A DNA stretch of 25,951 nt, taken from positions 1 through 25,951 of the forward strand of contig JBIJBT010000036.1 in NCBI GenBank assembly GCA_044345055.1, in the 5' to 3' direction. Below are positions 1 to 7,771 of this stretch, one piece after another (the stretch's first letter is position 1; every line of letters starts with the position of its first letter). The DNA comes from Bdellovibrionota bacterium. Lineage in GTDB: Bacteria; Bdellovibrionota_C; UBA2361; OMIW01. Made by a program: the position numbers and the translations under genes. Below the pieces are notes generated by a model that did not search any database, was not told the origin of the DNA, and saw nothing but the letters and a program-made list of their open reading frames with translations.

Positions 1-2
1 AC

Positions 3-1787
3 TATGGTGATTGGAATCATCGGGACAGAGGTATAGGCCGATATTTTAGAGCATGTCGAGGCTATAAGGTTTCAATCGGGATTTTTTTTCTTGTTGGAAT
101 CGTCGGTTCGCTCCTATACCGATATTCATTCCCCCAGCTTTATCGAGGTTCTGTTCTCGTGAACGTTGGTAGAGATGTTCCGATTCCTGCCGAGGAAAGC
201 TTGATAGCCTCAGCAGACATAGCATCTTCTGAGATTTCTCTTCGCACGAAGCTAACACTCGCTACGAGCGTTAGTCTTGCTCAGAGCATCTTGAGTCATA
301 ATCCTCAGCTTCTTAGCCTTGTAGCATCCGCTACAACTTCGCGTTCAGTTTTCGGATTAGACAATTCTTCCAGTCCTTCTCAAGAATTCGAGAATCCAAT
401 AAGAGCTCAGGCATCTGCTGCCCAAATACAATCCTATTTAGGTCTTATTTCATCGTTTTTGATACCTGGGACAACTCTCGTAAGAATATCTGCTGTTGCA
501 TCAGATCCTCTTGCCGCGGTCAAGATTGCGAATACTCATGGTCAGGGTTTTGTTGATTTCATCTTAGAGGAACAGCGTCATGCTAGAGAGACGATCCAAA
601 AGCTTCTTACTCGCAAGAAAAATGACCTTCTCGAGAAGTATTCGATAGCTGTAGAGCGTAAAAGAACACTACTCGAAGACTTAGAAAAAATTGGGAATGT
701 TCCGGCTGCCCAGTGGAAGGTTCAAGCTGACCTTGAGGTCGCAAAACAGGTCGAAGAAACCTATCAAAAATCGCTCGGCAAGATTGAGGAACTGATTCAA
801 AGATCATCCCTCATGGCTGATAGCGATCTAGAATCCATCGGTATTGTCGACTCCGCTACATCCGAGCCTTCATCGATAACATCGAGCTTTGCCGCTATTA
901 TTGCCTCAGGTGGTCTTTTGGGGTTAATTTGCGGGATTCTTTTTGCATTTTTTAGAGAGGCAACTAATTCATCAATTAACTCTCTGAGAAATTCGAATCT
1001 CGGATTCGACCTGCCTCTATTAGCCTCAATTCCTGCTCTATCGTCCGAGACTAGAAATGCTATCATTCGCCTCTCATCGCTCGGAGTTAAATCAAAAAAC
1101 ACAATTATTTCATCTCTAAACCCCTTACGAATGAAAGATAGGTTCAATCGTGCACCTGTCCTTCTAGCAGCTCAGTTTAGTCCTGAAGGAGAGGCTATTC
1201 GCGCTATGGCTGCATCGCTGAGTCACCTTACCCTAAAAAGTGGACTCAAAATAATTTTGTTTACAAGTCCAGATTCGGGTGAAGGGAAAACCTCTCTTGC
1301 AGTTGATACCGCGATCGCGTTTGCGCAAATGCACCTAAAAACCCTTTTAATCGATGCAAATCTCCGGTCGCCCGCAATTCATCAATTTTTTGGGCTGGAA
1401 CAAGATGCTTCTGGATTATTTGATTTTGCTCTCGGAGGACAGAAAATTACAGACCTCTGCGTAGAGAGCTCTGTTGAAAATTTAACTCTTCTTCTCTCTG
1501 GTAGCCCTGCCCCCCTTCCTACTCTAATACTTGATAATGAGATAATTACCTTGGGAATCTGTTCGATTGCGCCACTCTACGACGCAATAATTATTGATGC
1601 TCCGGGATTAGGAGCCGTAGCCGATTGTCTTTTTCTCTCTGAAGTCGCTCACGCTGTTGTTTTTGTCGTTAGGTTTAACGTAACAGACCACCAAAAAGCG
1701 TTAGCCGCTCTCGATAAACTGAGACAGTTTGATGCGCCACTAATTGGCACTGTGGTGAATGGTGTAACTGGATTGGATATTTCTTGA
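3..1787 (+). CDS. Wzc/CapB-like polysaccharide co-polymerase with BY-kinase-like domain (5'-partial)
   Basis: The frame is open from base 3, upstream of the track's GTG at 159, and encodes an N-terminal TM segment (IGIFFLVGIVGSLLY) followed by PQLYRGSVLV (Wzz-like). Then a coiled-coil region, a second TM (GGLLGLICGILFAFFRE), Walker A SPDSGEGKT, Walker A' LLIDANLRSP, Walker B IIIDAPG and C-terminal GTVVNG. Confidence 0.85.
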   Translation, partial: YGDWNHRDRGIGRYFRACRGYKVSIGIFFLVGIVGSLLYRYSFPQLYRGSVLVNVGRDVPIPAEESLIASADIASSEISLRTKLTLATSVSLAQSILSHNPQLLSLVASATTSRSVFGLDNSSSPSQEFENPIRAQASAAQIQSYLGLISSFLIPGTTLVRISAVASDPLAAVKIANTHGQGFVDFILEEQRHARETIQKLLTRKKNDLLEKYSIAVERKRTLLEDLEKIGNVPAAQWKVQADLEVAKQVEETYQKSLGKIEELIQRSSLMADSDLESIGIVDSATSEPSSITSSFAAIIASGGLLGLICGILFAFFREATNSSINSLRNSNLGFDLPLLASIPALSSETRNAIIRLSSLGVKSKNTIISSLNPLRMKDRFNRAPVLLAAQFSPEGEAIRAMAASLSHLTLKSGLKIILFTSPDSGEGKTSLAVDTAIAFAQMHLKTLLIDANLRSPAIHQFFGLEQDASGLFDFALGGQKITDLCVESSVENLTLLLSGSPAPLPTLILDNEIITLGICSIAPLYDAIIIDAPGLGAVADCLFLSEVAHAVVFVVRFNVTDHQKALAALDKLRQFDAPLIGTVVNGVTGLDIS

Positions 1788-1857
1788 ATCTAGGCTAGAT
1801 GTAAGATCTGCCATCATCTTCCGCGATCGTCTCACTAAATTCGGATTATTGGCTTTA

Positions 1858-2694
1858 TTATTCCTCATTATCAATTGATACAACCGATACCTGAAGCTGC
1901 GATTCACCGAGGAATCGCTCTGCTAATCGATTCACCCGCGGAGCACCATCGGTAACAAGACAGGTCAAGCTACCACGCCGATGATCGTTGTGATTTGCCC
2001 CATTCGCCGGCTCGTTTATCAAGCTGAGTGATTCTTTAACCGCTTCCGCAACAGCTATCGAACCATCAAGAACAACTGTTGTGGGACCAAGATACGATGA
2101 GATAGCTTGCGCCAGAAGAGGATAATGAGTACACGCCAACAAAACTGCTTCCGGAGCCGAAGCTCGCACCGGTGCGAGATAAAGATCCATCACCGCATCG
2201 CAAACCGCTCCATCGGTAAGACCCTCCTCCGCGAGCGGCACAAACAGGGGACAAGCTAAAGCCTCGATTCTACAGCTACTCGGAAGATGGCTGCGCAGCC
2301 GCTTTTGGTATGAGCCACTTCGCACCGTCCCCTCGGTTCCAAGAATCCAGAGTGAGCGCGAAACCGCCGCTCTGAGGACACAGCTAACCGACGGTTCTAC
2401 GGTTCCAACAAAAGGCACCGGCAGATTAGCAGCAAGAAAATCTCCCGCGATTGATGATGCCGTATTACATGCCCCGACGATCATTTTTGCCCCATGACGA
2501 ATAAGAAAACGGGCACATTCATGAGAGTATCGAATAATCGTATCATCTCCTCTCGTTCCGTACGGGAGACGGGCAGTATCCCCGAGATAGATGAATCGTT
2601 CATCCGGCAATCGATCTCGCAATGCTCTCAGAACAGAGAGTCCACCGATACCACTATCGAATACTCCAATTGGAGCGCAACGAGAATCGTTCAT
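1858..2694 (-). CDS. murI: Glutamate racemase
   Basis: IGVFDSGIGGLSV, DTARLPYG, and both catalytic Cys motifs ACNTA and LACTHY. Confidence 0.97.
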   Translation of the reverse strand: MNDSRCAPIGVFDSGIGGLSVLRALRDRLPDERFIYLGDTARLPYGTRGDDTIIRYSHECARFLIRHGAKMIVGACNTASSIAGDFLAANLPVPFVGTVEPSVSCVLRAAVSRSLWILGTEGTVRSGSYQKRLRSHLPSSCRIEALACPLFVPLAEEGLTDGAVCDAVMDLYLAPVRASAPEAVLLACTHYPLLAQAISSYLGPTTVVLDGSIAVAEAVKESLSLINEPANGANHNDHRRGSLTCLVTDGAPRVNRLAERFLGESQLQVSVVSIDNEE

Positions 2695-2727
2695 AGTTTG
2701 CCTTACTCTAACTGAGCACTAACGCGG

Positions 2728-3693
2728 TTAACGCCGCTTAATCAGTAAAAAAAGTCCAACTGGTATCTCAACTAACGCTGTCAAAACACCTGCTGGAACC
2801 TCAAATGGAGCAAAAATAATCCGCCCGAGAAGATCCGCACACAACACGACGCTCCCCCCAAGCAAAAAAACAGATGGTATGAGAATGCGGTAATCAGATC
2901 CAACGAACCTTCGACATATCTGAGGCTCGAGTATCCCCACGAAGCCTATACTTCCACATGATGCTACTGCTGCTCCGATTCCAACACTCGTTGTCAGCAA
3001 AAGAGAGCGCTCCAAGGAACCAACTGCAACGCCCCGAGATTCTGCTGCATCGCGACCGAGGGCTAATACCTGAAGCTGCGGCGCTCTCAGTGTGATCAAG
3101 ACCAGACACCCTAAGGCTAAAGAAGCTATGGTAATCGTATATCGCCAAGACAGCGATGGAACCGCTCCGATCAACCAAATAACAATACGCGAAAGAGCCG
3201 CTGGATCGGCGACACACTGAATAAAGAGGATAACGCTCGCAATAAAATAATTAACAAGAATACCGATCAATACGATCTGGGCTGATGAACCGCGAGAGGC
3301 TACGCTATATAGAGAAAATAAGAGAACGCTTGTTACCGCAGCCCCACAAACGGCACCGACAAATGGTGCAGAAAAAGGCTGGAACGAACTCCCCCACAGA
3401 ATTACAAGGCTTGCACCAAGAGCAGCTCCACTTGAAACTCCGAGGGTCGTTGGTGTGGCAAGCGGGTTGCGAACTAACGATTGGCAAACAAGACCGCTCG
3501 TTGCAAGGATACCCCCGACCGCAAATCCTAAGATCGCTCGGGGGAGTCTCAACTGAAATACGACAATCTTTCCCTCATCAGGGAGAGCGAATCTGTCCCA
3601 CGCATCAAATGGGCCAATAAAAGGCGCGATAACGAGCAGAGTGGCCGATAGCAATAGAAAGGGAAGAGCTGCTTTTATTGTGGAACGATACAT
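2728..3693 (-). CDS. FecCD/BtuC-family (iron-siderophore/heme/cobalamin) ABC transporter permease
   Basis: LRLPR, RNPLATPTTLGVSSGA, EAA-like loop LGRDAAESRGV, GSIGFVG, ADLLGR and many TM helices. Confidence 0.92.
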   Translation of the reverse strand: MYRSTIKAALPFLLLSATLLVIAPFIGPFDAWDRFALPDEGKIVVFQLRLPRAILGFAVGGILATSGLVCQSLVRNPLATPTTLGVSSGAALGASLVILWGSSFQPFSAPFVGAVCGAAVTSVLLFSLYSVASRGSSAQIVLIGILVNYFIASVILFIQCVADPAALSRIVIWLIGAVPSLSWRYTITIASLALGCLVLITLRAPQLQVLALGRDAAESRGVAVGSLERSLLLTTSVGIGAAVASCGSIGFVGILEPQICRRFVGSDYRILIPSVFLLGGSVVLCADLLGRIIFAPFEVPAGVLTALVEIPVGLFLLIKRR

Positions 3694-4451
3694 GGGAAGC
3701 GATTTAGAGGGTCTGGTATCATACGGAGGGGCTGACCATACAGAGAGGTAAGAATCTCCGAGCCCGACAATTCTGCAGGTGTGCCTCTAAAAAGGCCCCC
3801 TTCTCGAGAGATAGCCAAAACCCGATCTCCGTATGCAAGTATCAACGAAACATCGTGACACACCACCCAAACCCCAACACCTTCATGCAAAATAAGCTCT
3901 CGAAGAAGCTGCATTACTCCATGAGCAGAGGTGAGATCGAGAAACGTTGTCGGCTCGTCAAGTATAAGATAGCGGGCTCCCTGAGCAAGCGCGGATGCAA
4001 TGAGAACTTTTTGCTGCTCACCTCCGGAGAGTTCATCGAAGAAACGATCTGAAAGTCTATCAATTCCAGCGAGGGATATCGCTCTATCTATCGTCCTGCG
4101 TTGTGCTGCATCAAGCCCACGAAATCCTCTCACAAATCGGACCAAGCCCGATTCAACCACCTGCGCAACGGTTAAACCTGTAACGAAGGCATCTCTTTTT
4201 TGCGGCAAATAAGCAAACCAGCTAGCTCGCTCGTATTGCGAAAGTGACCTAATTTCTCGGCCAGCTAATAATATAGAGCCCCGATATTGTGTCTCAAGTC
4301 CAATCACAGCGCGAAGAAGCGTTGTTTTGCCAACTCCATTTGCTCCGATAAGGCCGCACAGTTCGCCTCGCTTAAGGCTGAAAGAAATATTAGGTATGAT
4401 GGTCCTTCCTCCGTGAGCAACCGAGACATTGCTCACGACCACATCATCCAT
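3675..4451 (-). CDS. FecE/BtuD-family ABC transporter ATP-binding protein
   Basis: Walker A GANGVGKT, YLPQ Q-loop, LSGGEQQ signature, ILDEPTTFLD, HD switch. ATG at 4451 follows GAGGAGG; TTG at 4454 is an alternative start. Confidence 0.92.
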   Translation of the reverse strand: MDDVVVSNVSVAHGGRTIIPNISFSLKRGELCGLIGANGVGKTTLLRAVIGLETQYRGSILLAGREIRSLSQYERASWFAYLPQKRDAFVTGLTVAQVVESGLVRFVRGFRGLDAAQRRTIDRAISLAGIDRLSDRFFDELSGGEQQKVLIASALAQGARYLILDEPTTFLDLTSAHGVMQLLRELILHEGVGVWVVCHDVSLILAYGDRVLAISREGGLFRGTPAELSGSEILTSLYGQPLRMIPDPLNRFPCIVPQ

Positions 4452-5349
4452 CAACCCTCCTCAAACCGTTAGGCATCACGCCTCGTTCTGCAATCGACTC
4501 CCCAAGACACCCCCACACCAAAAATCCAGCTGGCAAGCCCCGCGGTGCTCGCCTGTTTCGCTGAGCTTCCCCAATAACCAACTGCCTCGATTCGAGGAAA
4601 TTAACAGGACCCTCGGCCTTATCTGAGATGAGATTTCGTAATATTACATTACCGAGCTCGTAGCTGTGGCTTGTCATACAAACCTCCCCTTCTGGGGAAA
4701 CAACCCGAAGAATAGCCCCAATCAACTGTTCAACAACCTCAATTAACTGCCACTGAGCCTTCGCAGTTGGCCTGCTGAACGAAGGAGGATCCGCTATTAC
4801 CAGATCGTAGCGATTGCCCCGTTTTACCTCCCTCTCAAGAAAGGAGATGGCATCATCAGTAATGAATCGAATGGTGCTAATCCCATTTTCAACCGCATTC
4901 TCACGAGCCCACTTTATCGCACCCTTGGAAAGGTCAAGGTGTGTCACCTCTGCTCCCGACTTAGCTGCTGCCAAAGATGCGAGCCCAGTGTATGCAAAGA
5001 GATTAAGTACCCGTGCACCCTTACGAGAAGAGACTCTACGAATCTGGTCGAGATAAGTTGAATGCTCTGGGAATACCCCGACCTGACCATTAGATTGACA
5101 CCGAACAAGCATCGTGACGCCATCAACAATGGTGGGCCACTGATCGGGGAGCCGATCGGCGCCGTGCCAATTGCCGGGTGGCAAATAGCTTGCGTGGGGA
5201 GAGATTTTATTCGAGAGGCAGCGCGACCAGATCGCCAAACTCGCTGGCCGTTGAAGAATATACTCTCCCCACTGCTCGATACGAGCGCCCTCGCCTGAAT
5301 CGAGGAGTGAGTAGGTATCAGAGAGCTCCGGAAAGGATTCGCAACTCAC
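4444..5349 (-). CDS. Class I SAM-dependent methyltransferase, RlmI/RlmK-related
   Basis: YSLLDSGEGARIEQWG, VGVFPEH, VLNLFAYTG, HLDLS, ADPPSF. Start re-assigned to GTG at 5349, which overlaps the pdxT stop as GTGA and follows a purine-rich SD (GGGAAGGGG). Confidence 0.85.
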   Translation of the reverse strand: MSCESFPELSDTYSLLDSGEGARIEQWGEYILQRPASLAIWSRCLSNKISPHASYLPPGNWHGADRLPDQWPTIVDGVTMLVRCQSNGQVGVFPEHSTYLDQIRRVSSRKGARVLNLFAYTGLASLAAAKSGAEVTHLDLSKGAIKWARENAVENGISTIRFITDDAISFLEREVKRGNRYDLVIADPPSFSRPTAKAQWQLIEVVEQLIGAILRVVSPEGEVCMTSHSYELGNVILRNLISDKAEGPVNFLESRQLVIGEAQRNRRAPRGLPAGFLVWGCLGESIAERGVMPNGLRRVDG

Positions 5350-5942
5350 GCTAAATTCCCCTTCCCTCTCTCCGGCAGCTCGATTAATTGCTGATGCAGA
5401 AAGGGATCGGAGCCGAGTTCGGAGTGGAATGATGCCGCGAGCACATTCCGATAGCAAAAGAGCACACCGTCTTTGCCAAGAAAGCCAATAGTAGCCACCG
5501 AATCATTTAGAGGCTCGAGAAGCGGAGCCCTGATGAACTGAACTTGATGTTGATTCGGATCACCGACCACCGTCATCGATCCCTCGAAAGATTCGAGCTG
5601 ACCCCCGTAAAAGTTGCGATGAGCACGAAGAGGAATGGCACGCAAAGACCTTTGTGCTCGAGATGAATTAATTGGCGAAACCACCTCGTTAGCTAGAAGT
5701 ATTGCGCCAGCGCACACTCCGAGAACGGGCCGCTGCTGACAAAAATCCACAAGAGGCTCAAAGAGGTTACTCACCAGCAGGAGATGAAGCATCGTCGTGC
5801 TCTCTCCACCCGGAATTATCAACCTCTCTACACCCTCAAGCTCCCTCCTCGAGCGAACTGGCACCGCCTGCACTCCTAGCCGCGCACACATTCTCAAGTG
5901 CGGTTCGACACACCCCTGTAGCGCCAGCACACCTACTATCAT
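5346..5942 (-). CDS. pdxT: PLP synthase glutaminase subunit
   Basis: GVLALQG, PGGESTT, GVCAG (catalytic Cys), FIRAP, SFHSEL (His-x-Glu); adjacent to pdxS. Confidence 0.96.
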   Translation of the reverse strand: MIVGVLALQGCVEPHLRMCARLGVQAVPVRSRRELEGVERLIIPGGESTTMLHLLLVSNLFEPLVDFCQQRPVLGVCAGAILLANEVVSPINSSRAQRSLRAIPLRAHRNFYGGQLESFEGSMTVVGDPNQHQVQFIRAPLLEPLNDSVATIGFLGKDGVLFCYRNVLAASFHSELGSDPFLHQQLIELPERGKGNLA

Positions 5943-6002
5943 ACCAACGCTCCTTCACTACTCTGCTAGAACAACACCGTCGACTAAGCCATCCCGCTTC
6001 CG

Positions 6003-6911
6003 CTACCAACCCCGATTGGCCATTTCAGAACCCGCAGGAATCGTCGCTATTTCAATCCCTCGCATCGCATCACCTAATCCGCGAGAAACTTCCAGAAGTC
6101 GCGCTGGATCGTTATAAAAAGCGGTCGCTATCACTATAGCGCGTGCAAAGGCCTTTGGATTACCGGAGGTAAAAACTCCGGAGCCAACGAACACCGATTC
6201 TGCACCGAGCTGCCGAATTAAAGCCGCATCAGCCGGGGTTGCTACACCACCCGCCGCAAAGTTCGGAACGGGCAAACGCTTAGACGTTGTAACCTGCTCG
6301 ACTAACGCAAGCGGCACCCGATACTCCTCGGCTTTGGCTTCACGTTGAGTTGCTGAAAGTTCTGAAAGCGCCGCAAGTTCGCTTGTTATTTGACGCATAT
6401 GGCGAACGGCTTCTATCACATTTCCTGTGCCCGCTTCCCCTTTCGTGCGGATCATCGCAGCCCCTTCATTAATGCGGCGCAGCGCTTCCCCGAGATTACA
6501 CGCCCCACATACGAACGGGGTCTTAAATTGAGTTTTATCGATATGAAATTGAGGATCGGCGGGAGTAAGGACCTCTGATTCGTCGATAAAATCAACCCCT
6601 ATCGCCTCGAGAATTTGAGCTTCAGCCAAATGGCCTATTCGAACCTTCGCCATTACTGGAATACTAACGGCTGCCTTAATCTCCTCGATTAGCTTCGGAT
6701 CAGTCATGCGGGCGACCCCACCCTGCTTTCGAATCTCCGAAGGAACTCGCTCAAGAGCCATAACAGCAACAGCCCCCGCGTCTTCTGCGATGCGTGCCTG
6801 CTCCGCATTAACAACATCCATAATGACGCCATTACATAGCATCTCAGCGAGGCCCACTTTTGTTGGGTCGGCGCGGTAGTCTTTTTTTGGGTTCGGGTTT
6901 TGGTCGGTCAT
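6003..6911 (-). CDS. pdxS: PLP synthase lyase subunit
   Basis: [59 protein letters not shown] and C-terminal RGW. SD AAGGAG upstream. Confidence 0.98.
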   Translation of the reverse strand: MTDQNPNPKKDYRADPTKVGLAEMLCNGVIMDVVNAEQARIAEDAGAVAVMALERVPSEIRKQGGVARMTDPKLIEEIKAAVSIPVMAKVRIGHLAEAQILEAIGVDFIDESEVLTPADPQFHIDKTQFKTPFVCGACNLGEALRRINEGAAMIRTKGEAGTGNVIEAVRHMRQITSELAALSELSATQREAKAEEYRVPLALVEQVTTSKRLPVPNFAAGGVATPADAALIRQLGAESVFVGSGVFTSGNPKAFARAIVIATAFYNDPARLLEVSRGLGDAMRGIEIATIPAGSEMANRGW

Positions 6912-6959
6912 CGGTTGGTAACTCCTTGAGTTGGGGACTGCTCTGATACGGACCTAAAG

Positions 6960-6981
6960 CACACCTATGGTCACACCTATG
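6960..6981. repeat. Perfect 10-bp direct repeat CACACCTATG x2 (12-bp period) upstream of pdxS
   Basis: Copies at 6960-6969 and 6972-6981. Confidence 0.85.
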
Positions 6982-7007
6982 CTCTCGTTATTCCCTTGAA
7001 TCGCTCG

Positions 7008-7033
7008 AAAAATCGGCTCGTATTATGCCGATT
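7008..7033 (-). terminator. Intrinsic-terminator-like hairpin upstream of pdxS
   Basis: Minus strand reads AATCGGC-ataatacga-GCCGATT running into a T5 tract. Confidence 0.45.
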
Positions 7034-7052
7034 CGTGCTCCTTGAGCGTTAA

Positions 7053-7082
7053 AGTATCTCGCAGAAGAATCAAAGGGGTCAA
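7053..7082 (-). promoter_or_regulatory. Possible sigma70 promoter facing pdxS
   Basis: TTGACC (7082-7077), 18-nt spacer, GATACT (7058-7053) on the minus strand. Confidence 0.35.
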
Positions 7083-7088
7083 GCCTTG

Positions 7089-7270
7089 GCAGGGTGGTAA
7101 AAAAGGATTTCCTGTTGCGCACTTTGAGAGTTTTACTGCAACTTCGTCGGAGTCAACGAAAAAATCCTCAACGTATCTCAAGGATACGTCTCCGGTTTTT
7201 TCGTCAACTCCGCCTCGTTTCGTCAAAACTCTCAAAATGCTCACGACGGAATCATTTTTCACCACCCTGC
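7089..7270. repeat. 182-bp imperfect palindrome (MITE-like intergenic repeat or structured RNA)
   Basis: 7089-7134 pairs with 7225-7270 (termini GCAGGGTGGT/ACCACCCTGC), 7148-7164 pairs with 7196-7212, and 7171-7177 ACGTATC pairs with 7183-7189 GATACGT. The palindrome is certain; its identity is not. Confidence 0.85.
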
Positions 7271-7382
7271 TCGGAGAGACACTATTTCTGGGCACGAGAT
7301 AACGGCAGAAACTGGTGCGAATAACAAAGTGCGGCGACTCATGAATTGCCTTTTTTACCCCCGTATGCTCAAATCCCCCTAT

Positions 7383-7453
7383 TCGCCCGTCGTCTAATGG
7401 TAAGACTCTGGATTCTGATTCCAGCTATCGAGGTTCGAGTCCTTGCGGGCGAG
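7383..7453 (+). tRNA. tRNA-Gln(CTG)
   Basis: Acceptor stem TCGCCCG/CGGGCGA, D-arm GTC-TAATGGTAA-GAC, anticodon arm CTGGA-TT-CTG-AT-TCCAG, T-arm CGAGG-TTCGAGT-CCTTG, discriminator G. CCA is not encoded. Confidence 0.96.
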
Positions 7454-7771
7454 GTTTATCGCAGTTTGTGCGCTCGGCGGCCCTTGCCCATTCCTAGAAA
7501 GAACTTAAAGTTCTGCAAGTTCGCTCGAAGAAATATATAAATCCCTCTTCATCGTTCGAATCGCACCGAATCTCCACCACAAGGCTGGTGCACATTTCTT
7601 CTCCAGCATCTACAATTTAAGACATTACCGTAACTTTATAACTTCACCTGAGGCTGGGGAGTGACTTTCAATCTAGTTTTTGAGCGGCTATTCCTGAACG
7701 TGCAATCGGCCTCGCCGCACCTGCGCGCCGATGACCGTGCCCTTTACCTTCCGAGTAAGTTAATACGTTCG

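Noticed and set aside
5350..5457. Track's N-terminal extensions (methyltransferase here; likewise TPR, ABC ATPase, acnA, arsC, dapB)
   Set aside because: They overlap neighbours or precede better starts with an SD or family-typical N-termini.
7023..7324. ORFs 7023-7295(-), 7042-7302(+) and 7094-7324(+)
   Set aside because: They overlie the palindrome and have no recognisable motif or convincing SD; probably by-products of the repeat.
7346..7369. TTGCCT...TATGCT promoter for the tRNA
   Set aside because: The spacer is only 12 bp.
7346..7540. 64-aa ORF
   Set aside because: Runs through the tRNA-Gln gene.
7554..7579. GTTCGAATC...CTCCACCA resembling a tRNA/tmRNA 3' end or att-site remnant
   Set aside because: The T-stem does not pair, the spacing is 2 nt too long, there is no matching 5' half, it does not duplicate the tRNA-Gln 3' end, and no integrase is nearby.
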